From: Escherichia phage KIT01
Length of the DNA stretch: 64,000 nucleotides
Strand: one strand, 5' to 3'
Sequence record: AP019521.1
The first letter of the stretch is position 1. Each line of letters begins with the position of its first letter. A program made the position numbers and the translations under genes. The notes below the pieces were generated by a model, which was given only the letters and a program-made list of their open reading frames with translations, did not search any database and had not been told where the DNA came from. This document shows positions 36,757 through 46,345 of this stretch, in pieces.

Positions 36757-37311
36757 TCAATTCTTATAGAATCGGAACGGGTTTACGTGGAAGGCTAACA
36801 TAGCCTTAGGGATTTTACGAGACAAAAGACTCTTAAGTTTCCAACCGCAGTATACTCGTAGGTAAAAGGTAATCCCACCAACCTTAAGATATGGAACCGA
36901 AGCAAAGACTCCCCAGGCGTCGTCATTCCACATCCATAGCCACCCATGATGAGCTTTATCAGGAGAACCTGATTCCACATCGGGATTACCACGATAATGG
37001 AATTCTGAGCTACAATCACGGCCGAGTTTATGGTAAGCAAAGTTATAAGCTTTATTTCGCCACAACCAGGCTACTCGTTGAAGGTATATGCCTAAAGGTA
37101 GTTTTCTTATTTTAGCCCAACGTTTAATGTGACCTTTATCACCGTCAATTGGATTATCGTATGTCATCATCCAATCAAAGCCGTACGGCAATTTACCAGT
37201 CTTTTTATTGTGGAAAGGAACTACAAAAGGTGCAAGGATAACAGCCAGAACCATAGAGATAAAATCTAGTGGGACCAACAGAACCCAACTCAAATATTTT
37301 AAAAGTTTCAT
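36757..37311 (-). CDS. late-expressed membrane-anchored protein of unknown function
   Basis: 184 aa; N-terminal TM MKLLKYLSWVLLVPLDFISMVLAVILAPFVVPF; AGGAAATAAT RBS; flanked by the two module copies. Confidence 0.5.
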   Translation of the reverse strand: MKLLKYLSWVLLVPLDFISMVLAVILAPFVVPFHNKKTGKLPYGFDWMMTYDNPIDGDKGHIKRWAKIRKLPLGIYLQRVAWLWRNKAYNFAYHKLGRDCSSEFHYRGNPDVESGSPDKAHHGWLWMWNDDAWGVFASVPYLKVGGITFYLRVYCGWKLKSLLSRKIPKAMLAFHVNPFRFYKN

Positions 37312-37337
37312 ATTATTTCCTAAGTTAGTTTACTACA

Positions 37338-37376
37338 TATTTATACAAAAAAGGCCCAACCTTTCGGAAGGGCCTT
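37338..37376 (-). promoter_or_regulatory. terminator hairpin fused to late promoter TATAAATA (module copy 2)
   Basis: near-identical to copy 1: hairpin 37351-37376, TATAAATA at 37338-37345. Confidence 0.55.
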
Positions 37377-37383
37377 TAACCTA

Positions 37384-37756
37384 GGGTAACCTTGTCGGGG
37401 TTCCACCTGCTAGGCAAGTGTTTGTACGAAACGCCAGGATTCGAACCCGGTTATTAAGTAGTTGACGCTACTCAATATTTTTAAAAGGCCATATCTCGAC
37501 CATATCCGAACGTTCCGTCAAAAACGCTACTCGGCTTACGGCAAAGATATTTCCTCGAATCGATAATTAGGTGCGCCGTTTCTGCTGTGATGTAAGGGGA
37601 CGTTAACAGATCGTAAAGATTTGTTAATGCCAGTCCTTACTCAGGGAACATCAGTCCGACGACTTACCGGTAGCGACCCGGTTTCTTGTTTGTTGCGCCG
37701 GTGAATGCTGGTAATCAGTCTTCATACGACGGCTTGACTATATAATAGTCTTCATT
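37384..37756 (-). ncRNA. structured non-coding RNA region downstream of the tRNAs (possible small stable RNAs, includes a tRNA-like T-arm)
   Basis: no ORF; GGTTCGAATCC T-loop-like element near 37432-37447 with acceptor-like pairing but no standard anticodon arm; bounded by terminator at 37351-37376. Confidence 0.3.
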
Positions 37757-37831
37757 TGGTATCCCGCCCTGGGATCGAACCAGGACCGCAAACTTAGAAG
37801 GATCGTATGCTATCCATTACACCAGCGGGAC
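37757..37831 (-). tRNA. tRNA-Arg (anticodon UCU)
   Basis: hand-folded cloverleaf: acceptor GTCCCGC/GCGGGAT, T-arm CCTGG-TTCGATC-CCAGG, anticodon loop CTTCTAA, encoded ACCA 3' end. Confidence 0.7.
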
Positions 37832-37836
37832 GTAGT

Positions 37837-37913
37837 TGGTGACCCAGACCAGATTTGAACTGGTAACCTTTCCCTTATGAGGGGACTGCTGCTAACCATT
37901 GAGCTACAGGGCC
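37837..37913 (-). tRNA. tRNA with CAU anticodon (Met, or Ile if lysidine-modified)
   Basis: hand-folded: T-arm ACCAG-TTCAAAT-CTGGT, anticodon loop CTCATAA, encoded CCA; 5 nt from tRNA-Arg. Confidence 0.65.
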
Positions 37914-37918
37914 TTAAA

Positions 37919-38185
37919 TCAAACTACAAATCCAGCAGGAGCATTATCATCTTTAGCCATGTGCTGAATTGTATGATAAGTCATTTCTTCAGGAGCAACC
38001 AGATAAGCCGCAGCGTTAACTAGTGGAATTATTTTTGGTTTAGCGAATGTGCTATCGGCAATTGCCATAAAGGGCTCGCCATCAGTCTCAACTTCGCCAA
38101 ATTGACATTCATATGAAATAGAACAACGTTTGGTAGTTGTTGTCTTGGTTTCTGGGTCGTAAAAAGCTAATTTTAATACTAACAT
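37919..38185 (-). CDS. hypothetical protein
   Basis: ATG 38185 after GAGGTG; immediately upstream of the tRNAs. Confidence 0.45.
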   Translation of the reverse strand: MLVLKLAFYDPETKTTTTKRCSISYECQFGEVETDGEPFMAIADSTFAKPKIIPLVNAAAYLVAPEEMTYHTIQHMAKDDNAPAGFVV

Positions 38186-38297
38186 AAACACCTCAAATAA
38201 AATTAAGTAAAGTAAGTTTGATTAATAGACTTTGTCTATTATGAAAGGTTCTTTGAGGGAAGAACCTTTGGTAATAGAGGGTATTAATGATAGAGTA

Positions 38298-38322
38298 ATA
38301 ATAACACATTACTCTTAAAGCA
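38298..38322 (-). promoter_or_regulatory. candidate MotA-dependent middle promoter
   Basis: minus strand TGCTTTA (38316-38322) 12 nt upstream of TATTAT (38298-38303) in a 170-nt ORF-free region with two hairpins. Confidence 0.3.
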
Positions 38323-38359
38323 TATTACTATTTTTAGGAATAGTCTGGTCAAATTTGAT

Positions 38360-38650
38360 TCATTGTGGCCACATATTAATGTAATCAAGTTTAATAGAAG
38401 CAATCTTCAAAGGATTTTTAAAGATGTCGTATTCGATCAATCCGTTTTCAGTTGCGGTGTAGAAAGTAAAGTTAACAGAATTATAACGGCGACCATTAAC
38501 TTTTAGTTTAACGTCGCTTGAACTACGACCAATATTAACCTGTTGGACATCAAGCACAGCACCTTTGCCAAAGTTGCGAATCAGTAGCTCTGCTGCAACC
38601 TGGTCTGAATTATAGCCATTCTCTGGATTAGTAACCTTAACGTATAGCAT
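38360..38650 (-). CDS. hypothetical protein
   Basis: 96-aa ORF. Confidence 0.45.
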   Translation of the reverse strand: MLYVKVTNPENGYNSDQVAAELLIRNFGKGAVLDVQQVNIGRSSSDVKLKVNGRRYNSVNFTFYTATENGLIEYDIFKNPLKIASIKLDYINMWPQ

Positions 38651-39058
38651 TTAACCCTCGTCTACAATAGTATGGGTATTAGCATTAACAATCTGCCACC
38701 AGTCACAGTCAAAACGATTAGAACCGTAACGAGGCTTTTTCTCATTTTCGTTAATAATATCACGTAGTTCGTCTTCAGAAAATGCTTTAGCGATTAAATC
38801 GGTATAGCCGCCACGTGGATAATAGTTATCACCTGCGAACAGAAGGAAATTTACTTTACCAGAAGGAACATATGCTTCCTTAGAGTACTTGTTTCCTGCA
38901 TGGTCTACCACTTCAATATAACGATAAGGGATATCGGTACTTTCAACCCATTGCCAAGCTGCAGCAGGGGATTCAAAAGCATCTACACCTAAACGGTTAT
39001 CTTCATCTTTAGACGGATTATTTTCATAATCCGCATATACATAATATTCAACGTTCAT
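38651..39058 (-). CDS. hypothetical protein
   Basis: 135-aa ORF. Confidence 0.5.
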   Translation of the reverse strand: MNVEYYVYADYENNPSKDEDNRLGVDAFESPAAAWQWVESTDIPYRYIEVVDHAGNKYSKEAYVPSGKVNFLLFAGDNYYPRGGYTDLIAKAFSEDELRDIINENEKKPRYGSNRFDCDWWQIVNANTHTIVDEG

Positions 39059-39243
39059 TATTCACCTTTAGAGATTTTATCCATAACGAAAGAAATTGAA
39101 CCAATTAAGAATGCCACTACTAAAGAGATTATATTCTCTGAAGTTGAAAGCATATCGAGCATGAATCCTGCAAACATACTAAAGCCAAAAGCAGTAACAG
39201 CGGCCAGTGCAGTAACATTTCTAATTAATTCACAACGTTTCAT
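39058..39243 (-). CDS. small membrane protein
   Basis: ATG 39243 (MKRCELIR...) after GGAGAATAAA; hydrophobic helices. Confidence 0.4.
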   Translation of the reverse strand: MKRCELIRNVTALAAVTAFGFSMFAGFMLDMLSTSENIISLVVAFLIGSISFVMDKISKGE

Positions 39244-39279
39244 TTTATTCTCCAATCACTCATTTGTTTTGATAGGGCT

Positions 39280-39309
39280 ATAGTACCATCACTAAAGCCC
39301 GTTGTAAAC
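39280..39309 (-). promoter_or_regulatory. early promoter (PeSL-like)
   Basis: GTTTAC(39304-39309), -10 near 39280-39286; GGGCT/AGCCC arms. Confidence 0.45.
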
Positions 39310-39311
39310 AA

Positions 39312-39584
39312 TTATTTTAAATAAATTGCATATTTTTTATAACCAGCCGTCTCGTGACGCAGTCCTTTTTCATTAGCAAAACGTTCAATATTGTTAATTT
39401 GATTCTGGTCGAGTTCTGAAGTATCAAAAACAAAAAAGTTTCGCTTATTGCCTAAAGTTACGTGATTAGTCAAATCGATGTTATAGAGATGATTTATATC
39501 ATCAATCATAGTCTTAACAGATTTGTTAATTTTTACTTCTTCATTAAGAAGAGATTCAGCGATAAATTCTTGGTATGATTTCAT
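39312..39584 (-). CDS. capsid-targeted internal protein (IPI position)
   Basis: 90 aa; N-terminus MKSYQEFIAE; adjacent to 57B as T4 ipI. Confidence 0.55.
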   Translation of the reverse strand: MKSYQEFIAESLLNEEVKINKSVKTMIDDINHLYNIDLTNHVTLGNKRNFFVFDTSELDQNQINNIERFANEKGLRHETAGYKKYAIYLK

Positions 39585-39585
39585 T

Positions 39586-39810
39586 TTATTCAGCGCCAGC
39601 GGCTTTCAAAAGTTTTTTAAGGTTGGCTATGCCGCCAGCAGAAAACGTGACCTTGCCACCTTTTTCATTGATAGAGCCAGTCAATTTAGCAAGCTTATCA
39701 CTAGGGACTTTTTTAAAATCAGCCAGTGTGCCATCAAAGGTTTTTGTAACAATTGGCAGTTCATCTTCATGTCTTTTAGCTTCGGTGATAAATTCTTGAT
39801 AAGTTTTCAT
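39586..39810 (-). CDS. capsid-targeted internal protein (CTS leader)
   Basis: ATG 39810 gives MKTYQEFITEAKR...; GGAGAATAAA RBS. Confidence 0.55.
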   Translation of the reverse strand: MKTYQEFITEAKRHEDELPIVTKTFDGTLADFKKVPSDKLAKLTGSINEKGGKVTFSAGGIANLKKLLKAAGAE

Positions 39811-39841
39811 TTTATTCTCCATTTCACTCTGTTGTTTTGAT

Positions 39842-39876
39842 AGGTCTATAGTATCATGCCTATAGACCTTGTAAAC
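39842..39876 (-). promoter_or_regulatory. early promoter with 10-bp perfect inverted repeat (PeSL-like)
   Basis: GTTTAC(39871-39876)-17 nt-TACTAT(39848-39853); arms AGGTCTATAG(39842-39851)/CTATAGACCT(39860-39869). Confidence 0.55.
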
Positions 39877-39888
39877 ACCTTTTTTAAA

Positions 39889-40581
<693 letters not shown>

Positions 40582-40589
<8 letters not shown>

Positions 40590-41343
40590 TTTTATTTCCT
40601 AATAATTTATCAATAGTGGTGTATAGTTCAGAAAGAGTGCCGTTATTTTCAACAACAACGTCACCAGGTAAAATTGGTAGACCCGCTTCAGTGATGTGCG
40701 AGTCTTGTACTTGACCGGTTTCAGCGCGAACTACATGAATAATCGTAGCACCCATCGCTCTGAGCGAATCAATTTCGTGTGTTTGACGAACATCAGGTAC
40801 GACATAGTATTTCGCATCAGAGTATATTTTATCAAAATAGTCTAAAGCGAACAACTTAACCCAATACATCTTATCAAATTGGTTAACAATAATATCAGTC
40901 CCAAGGGTCTGCATGAGACGACGTACTGACCAATTGTTATTTTTATTTATTACTTCAAACAGTTGGTCTTTTGTTTCTTCAGACAGATACTGAACTGGGG
41001 TAAGACCATAATGATATGCGGTACGAACGTCCATTCCTGGAATAGGAAGGATATTATTCAGTTTGACAATAGCATTTTCAAAGATATCAATCACATCATA
41101 TGGTTTTAAAGGAAGGATTTCTTCACGGTCGTAACCTATACCTTCAAAACAGTTGAAATCCAGTTTAGGCATATAACTACGGTCGAATACAGGGTCATCA
41201 GAGATGTATTCATAGGCTTCAGCCAGATACTTTTTAATAGGACCTGCGAGCTGAAATTTTACCGAATCCATATTTTCGATTACATAGTTAGCAACGGTAT
41301 CCTTACCGCTACGTTTGATTCCTACAATTGATATTAGTTTCAT
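40582..41343 (-). CDS. 1: deoxynucleoside monophosphate kinase gp1
   Basis: 253 aa; GIKRSGKDT P-loop and WSVRRLMQTLGTDIIVNQFDKMYWVKLFALDY match T4 gp1. Confidence 0.9.
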
Positions 41344-41933
41344 TATTTTCTCATAGATGGATGCATAGACATACGAGCCACACGTTGTTCGGCATACGAA
41401 TCAATTTGTGGACGACCTGTAACTATTGTACCATCTATTTCTACAGCAAACGATTTGAAGTTGAATGTCGCTGTAGCGATAATCGCCGGGTCAGAATCCT
41501 CTTTATAAGAGTACTGGATTTCCGAGAGGTCGGATGGCCAACCACCGTAGTAATGAATGCTCATTACTATTTTCTGTTTGTTGTTATCAAGGATGTGGAG
41601 GGTGATAGCTTCCGGCTGTCCTTTAGGATGCCAGGCTTCTGAATCATGGGTTACGTAGTTGTTTAATGACAACATCCACTTATAAACGTCAAGCCACGAC
41701 TTCAATTCACGGTCTACAAGAAAGTTCACAATCAATGGGTCGAATTCTACCGTAGAACCTGGCAGCTTAGCACGATGTATGCCCTGGGTCGATCCTGGGA
41801 CGTCTGAGACCGGAATATGGATACCCGGTAGTGTTACATCTTGTACGTTCAATTTGAATGCCTGCGTCATTCCTGCGTCACTAACCTCTAAGATAAAGTT
41901 AGTAGTGTTAGTTTGGTTAAATAAACCGTTCAT
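41343..41933 (-). CDS. 3: tail tube terminator / tail completion protein gp3
   Basis: ATG 41933 after AGGAA; track ORF extends upstream into gene 2; synteny 1-3-2-4. Confidence 0.75.
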   Translation of the reverse strand: MNGLFNQTNTTNFILEVSDAGMTQAFKLNVQDVTLPGIHIPVSDVPGSTQGIHRAKLPGSTVEFDPLIVNFLVDRELKSWLDVYKWMLSLNNYVTHDSEAWHPKGQPEAITLHILDNNKQKIVMSIHYYGGWPSDLSEIQYSYKEDSDPAIIATATFNFKSFAVEIDGTIVTGRPQIDSYAEQRVARMSMHPSMRK

Positions 41934-42015
41934 AGGGTTCCTATATTGCTTAAGTCCCAGCCAGTGTATAATGGTCCTAGGTCTGTTCCATTCAATAACT
42001 GGCCGGGATAATAGA

Positions 42016-42852
42016 TTATGAATTCTTCCATACTTTCTGAGCTGAGTAACGCTTACCTTTAGACATGAACTGTTGGAGCGGCAGCATGACCACATTAGCC
42101 CAATCAGATGGTTTTATCTCTACTAAAGGTCCCTTAATATTTCCAGGGATATAAGCCTTAATCATCACGTCGGCTCCGGCGAATCCTTTTACCTTACTCC
42201 AATCGATTTTTAATTTAGTCGAGTTCGTAATGGTAGGCGTACTCGCATATTGCTTCAGCAATTCTTCCAGAAATTGTTGTCGTGCTTTAGGTGGGATATA
42301 GTGTAAGTTCAGCCCGTACATTAAATTATGCTTACCTAACCCAAGATAAATGATTAAAGGATATTTGTCCCAGTACGGTAGGGTATCCTTATGTTTGGCA
42401 TCATAGATATAAGCATAAAGCTTACCAGGAGATGGTTTAGATACCTGGTGTCCACGAATTCCTTTCTTTAATGTTTCTGTAAACCATTTAGCTGATTTAT
42501 TGTTTACAGCAGCGCCTTCGTTAGCAATCTTATCACGAATACTCTTTCTAAAACTATTCACCAAAATTAATTGTCGTTCGGCTTTGGTTAATTTATTGCC
42601 AGGTTTATTCTGAAGTTTTTCAACCTGTACAGCAGTTTTAATTCGACTCGAGTATCGAGACATTGCAGATGTAAAGCTAGAATACTTGATGCCTTTATCT
42701 TCAGCGAATTTCTTAGCCGAGACACCTTTAGCCTTGGCATTGGCATATTCAACGCCTAAAGCTATCCATTGTTGTTCTGAACGAGTAGGCTTAGAACCTT
42801 TTGTAGTTTCAGTAGCCTCGTTTATGTAAGAAAATATACTCATCCTTTCCAT
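42016..42852 (-). CDS. 2: DNA end-protector protein gp2
   Basis: 278 aa, size and position of T4 gp2. Confidence 0.8.
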   Translation of the reverse strand: MERMSIFSYINEATETTKGSKPTRSEQQWIALGVEYANAKAKGVSAKKFAEDKGIKYSSFTSAMSRYSSRIKTAVQVEKLQNKPGNKLTKAERQLILVNSFRKSIRDKIANEGAAVNNKSAKWFTETLKKGIRGHQVSKPSPGKLYAYIYDAKHKDTLPYWDKYPLIIYLGLGKHNLMYGLNLHYIPPKARQQFLEELLKQYASTPTITNSTKLKIDWSKVKGFAGADVMIKAYIPGNIKGPLVEIKPSDWANVVMLPLQQFMSKGKRYSAQKVWKNS

Positions 42853-43289
42853 CCTAATTTTTTCAGTGAGTTTTCGGTAATCAATCTGAAATTAATTCCC
42901 ATTTTATCTGCTGTAGCTTTAGCAGCTTTCCATTTATCTTTATTTACACTCCATGTATAATGTTCGTTGATATATCTCTTTTTAGCAGCTGTAGTCATTT
43001 TAGCAGGTGCCGCTGGAGGATGGGTTTCTTTAAAAGGTTTGACTTCGAAAAAGAATTGTTGACCATTATCGAACTTCACCCAGAAGTCCATAAAATACCG
43101 ACGTTTCTTTCCATCAGCGTTACTAAAATATGGAATCACAACCTCTTCCGAGTTCCACTGGACGACATTAGGGTGGTTGTCAAGCCAACGCATAAGCCAT
43201 GCTTCCCAAGAGGAACGATATTGGATTTTCTTCCAGTCACCTTTATATTTTTGTAAGTTTGTAGGTTTAAATTTCCCTGAGTAGGCCAT
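42840..43289 (-). CDS. 4: head completion protein gp4
   Basis: 149 aa; late promoter 26 nt upstream; divergent from gene 53. Confidence 0.8.
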   Translation of the reverse strand: MAYSGKFKPTNLQKYKGDWKKIQYRSSWEAWLMRWLDNHPNVVQWNSEEVVIPYFSNADGKKRRYFMDFWVKFDNGQQFFFEVKPFKETHPPAAPAKMTTAAKKRYINEHYTWSVNKDKWKAAKATADKMGINFRLITENSLKKLGWKG

Positions 43290-43299
43290 AGTGCCTCCT

Positions 43300-43322
43300 T
43301 ATAAATATTAATATTATTTATA
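43300..43322. promoter_or_regulatory. divergent late promoters for genes 53 (plus) and 4 (minus)
   Basis: TATAAATA at 43300-43307 on plus strand and at 43315-43322 on minus strand. Confidence 0.6.
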
Positions 43323-43334
43323 CTCGGAGGCCCT

Positions 43335-43937
43335 ATGCTCTTCTCATTTTTCGATCCTATCGAATACGAATCAAAAACAGTCAAGCCGGATTCGGGCTCA
43401 TTAACCAATACCGATGTACTGAGCGTGCCGATGACTGATATATTTAGAAATTATAAAGAATATTTTGATAAAGTGGCTAAAAATTATACACTAAAGACTT
43501 ATTACATCAACGGGGCCCCTCGTCCAGAAGAATTGGCCAATCAACTTTATGGCAACGTCCAATTATATTGGGTTTTATTGATGTGTAATAATATATACGA
43601 CCCTTATTACGGGTGGATTACAGGTCAAGAAGTTGCATATCAAGCTGCAATCCAAAGATATTCTACCGCAGGCGGTAATCAAGTTCTTTATCATGTTAAT
43701 GAAAAGGGTGAGAAATTCTGGAATCTAGTAAATACTCCGGAAAATCCTTATACTTGGTATGATAAGGGCGATACCGAAAAACGTTATCCTCAATATGAAG
43801 GTCCTTTGGCTGCAGTAGATATTTACGAGGACGCCATTCGTAAAAATGAATATAAGCGCGAAATAAAGATTATAGACCCTAATGACATCGAGTCCTTTGT
43901 TTCGGCATTAATCCGTGAAATGGAAAAGGCACTCTAA
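43335..43937 (+). CDS. 53: baseplate wedge protein gp53
   Basis: 200 aa, position and size of T4 gp53. Confidence 0.8.
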   Translation: MLFSFFDPIEYESKTVKPDSGSLTNTDVLSVPMTDIFRNYKEYFDKVAKNYTLKTYYINGAPRPEELANQLYGNVQLYWVLLMCNNIYDPYYGWITGQEVAYQAAIQRYSTAGGNQVLYHVNEKGEKFWNLVNTPENPYTWYDKGDTEKRYPQYEGPLAAVDIYEDAIRKNEYKREIKIIDPNDIESFVSALIREMEKAL

Positions 43938-44572
43938 TGTTTTATTATGTATATAAAATAACCAATAATATTAACGGCAAATTTTATATCGGGGCGCATA
44001 GTACATCAAATATGGATGATGGATATATGGGCTCAGGTAAATTAATTAAACGTGCCATACTAAAATATGGCATTGAAAATTTCAAAAAAGAAATATTAAA
44101 ATTTGTTGATTCCAAACAAGAAATGTATGAACTTGAAAAGGAACTTGTTGTTCTTAATGAAAACTCATACAATTTAAAACCAGGCGGCTCCGGTGGATTT
44201 TTAAAACATGATAACTTTAAAGGTCGAAAACATAGCCAGAAAACTAAAGATATTATGAGTGCAAATAACTCAGGTAAAAATAATCCCATGTATGGAAAAA
44301 AGCGAGACCAGCATGGAGTAAATGCACCAAATTATGGCAAAAAATGTTCAGAAGAGAAAAAGAAGATTCTTTCTGATAAGCTTAAAAAGCATTTTGAAAA
44401 TGAGCAGACAATAACTAAGAACATGGGGTTTATACCAACGTCGGTTGAAACCCGTTATGTGTCTCGACATATTAAAAAGTTAGGATTTGATTTTTACCAA
44501 TTCAATCGAAATATATGTGAGCATAATATTTCCATAGTTAAAAATATTTTAAAACAGAGGAAAGCGCTATGA
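43937..44572 (+). CDS. GIY-YIG homing endonuclease (Seg-like) inserted between genes 53 and 5
   Basis: YYVYKITNNINGKFYIGAH GIY-YIG module plus DGYMGSGK motif and Lys-rich C-terminal domain. Confidence 0.75.
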   Translation: MFYYVYKITNNINGKFYIGAHSTSNMDDGYMGSGKLIKRAILKYGIENFKKEILKFVDSKQEMYELEKELVVLNENSYNLKPGGSGGFLKHDNFKGRKHSQKTKDIMSANNSGKNNPMYGKKRDQHGVNAPNYGKKCSEEKKKILSDKLKKHFENEQTITKNMGFIPTSVETRYVSRHIKKLGFDFYQFNRNICEHNISIVKNILKQRKAL

Positions 44573-46311
44573 TTAACATGTCTGATAATGTCAGTTGGTT
44601 CGTCGGCGTAGTTGAAGACCGTATGGACCCACTCAAACAAGGCCGAGTACGCGTGCGAGTATGGGGTATGCATCCATATGAAAAAGTGCAAGGTCCAGTA
44701 AAAGGCCTTCGTACAGAAGATTTACCATGGATGTCCGTATTAATGCCTACATCTTCTGCCTCTGTTTCAGGTATTCAAACCGCTATGACTGGTATGGTTC
44801 CTGGTACTCAGGTTTATGGGCACTTTCTTGATAAGTGGAAATTAAACGGACTTGTCCTTGGTACATACGGTTCCGCTTCAAGACAGAAGGCTAATCCTAA
44901 TGAAGGTTTTAGCGACCCGACAGGTCAATATCCGCTTTATTTAGGTAATGATGCTGCAGCACTAAACCGAGGCGGTGAAGTTGGATATGACGCCACTTCT
45001 AACGTAATACAAGATGCAAACACCGATGTAGGTATTAATCCTGACGGGTTAGATTTAAGTCAAGTCAAGCCTGACGATAATCCTAATTTCACAATAGAAA
45101 ACATGCTTCACCGTGATGAAGGGCTTAGACTGAAGGTATATTGGGACACCGAAGGTTATCCTACTATAGGTATAGGCCACCTTATTACGCCACAACCTAT
45201 TAGAGATATGAATCGAATAAACAAAATATTATCTAATCAGGTAGGACGAGAAGTTAAAGGTAACCCAGGTGCAATATCAATGGACGAGGCTTCTAAATTA
45301 TTCCAAGAAGACCTTAAAAAAGTCCAAAACGATATAGGTCGGCATAGTGTTGTAGGTCCTGTTTACAATAAAGAAAACCGTTCAAGACAAATGGCTCTTG
45401 AAAACATGGCTTTCCAAATGGGATTAGGTGGCTTGGCTAAATTCCGTGGAATGCTTAGTGCAATGTTAATAGGCGATTATAAAAAGGCATTTGAGGAAGC
45501 TCGTAATTCAGTATGGTTTAACCAAACTAAAGGCCGTGCATCAAGGGTATCAATGATTATCCTCACAGGTAACATGGAATCATATGGTATTATGGCCCCT
45601 AAAGAAAGGTCATTTAAAGGGCGTTCGTATAGAATGATTCAAACCTTTGCCGCACCTGCAAATTCAGACCCTGCCGATCCGTGGACCCCAGAAGATACAA
45701 GGATTTTGTTTAAAGAACCTGATTCTAGTTATAAAGGTGAATACCCATATGTCCAGACCATGCAAACTGAAGGTGGACACGTCCAAGAATTTGATAACAC
45801 CCCAGGGCAAGAACGTTATCGTTTAATCCATCCTACAGGTAGTTATGAAGAAGTTGCTCCTGATGGTCGCAAAACTTCTAAGACGGTAGCCGATGGGTAT
45901 TATATGACCCAAGGCGATTCTAATACTTATGTTGGTGGTAATAATAAAGTCAACATAGGTGGCGATGAAACCTATTATAATATGGCAAACGTCCGCCGTC
46001 AAACTGACGGGTCTGAAAGCATCCATATTCGTGGTAATGAAACCAAAACAGTAGAAGGTGATGGGACCCTTATTGTTAAAGGAAACGTCACAGTTCTTGT
46101 TGAGGGTAATGCTGATATAACTGTTAAAGGCGATGCCAAAACATTAGTTGAAGGCAACCATGACTATACAGTAAATGGAAACGTTAAATGGTCTGTAAAT
46201 GGAAACGTTGATATGACTGTTGCAGGTAATTGGTCTGAAACTATGTCGACTATGAGTTCAATTGCATCCGGTCAATATACTATTGATGGTTCGAGGATTG
46301 ACATTGGCTAA
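44569..46311 (+). CDS. 5: baseplate hub and tail lysozyme gp5
   Basis: 580 aa; NWFVGVVEDRMDPLKQGRVRVRVWG N-terminus, central lysozyme domain similar to gene e, C-terminal beta-helix VxGNxxV repeats. Confidence 0.9.
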   Translation: MINMSDNVSWFVGVVEDRMDPLKQGRVRVRVWGMHPYEKVQGPVKGLRTEDLPWMSVLMPTSSASVSGIQTAMTGMVPGTQVYGHFLDKWKLNGLVLGTYGSASRQKANPNEGFSDPTGQYPLYLGNDAAALNRGGEVGYDATSNVIQDANTDVGINPDGLDLSQVKPDDNPNFTIENMLHRDEGLRLKVYWDTEGYPTIGIGHLITPQPIRDMNRINKILSNQVGREVKGNPGAISMDEASKLFQEDLKKVQNDIGRHSVVGPVYNKENRSRQMALENMAFQMGLGGLAKFRGMLSAMLIGDYKKAFEEARNSVWFNQTKGRASRVSMIILTGNMESYGIMAPKERSFKGRSYRMIQTFAAPANSDPADPWTPEDTRILFKEPDSSYKGEYPYVQTMQTEGGHVQEFDNTPGQERYRLIHPTGSYEEVAPDGRKTSKTVADGYYMTQGDSNTYVGGNNKVNIGGDETYYNMANVRRQTDGSESIHIRGNETKTVEGDGTLIVKGNVTVLVEGNADITVKGDAKTLVEGNHDYTVNGNVKWSVNGNVDMTVAGNWSETMSTMSSIASGQYTIDGSRIDIG

Positions 46312-46345
46312 TATTTTACCTATGAGCACAGATTTAGGAGACTCC

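Noticed and set aside
30682-39822. N-terminal MENKMK / MENIM extensions in the ORF track
   Set aside because: The first ATG is part of the cassette sequence ATGGAGAATAAAATG, where GGAG is the Shine-Dalgarno for the second ATG. At 39255 the first codon is actually TTG. Starts were set at the second ATG.
7865-39876. The repeated ~40-bp elements as a CRISPR array
   Set aside because: Copies are kilobases apart, each precedes a gene, and each contains -35/-10 hexamers. They are promoters, not CRISPR repeats, and no cas genes are present.
44569-46311. Similarity between the gene 5 central domain and gene e
   Set aside because: This is the known lysozyme-domain paralogy of T4 gp5 and gp e, not a duplication event specific to this window.
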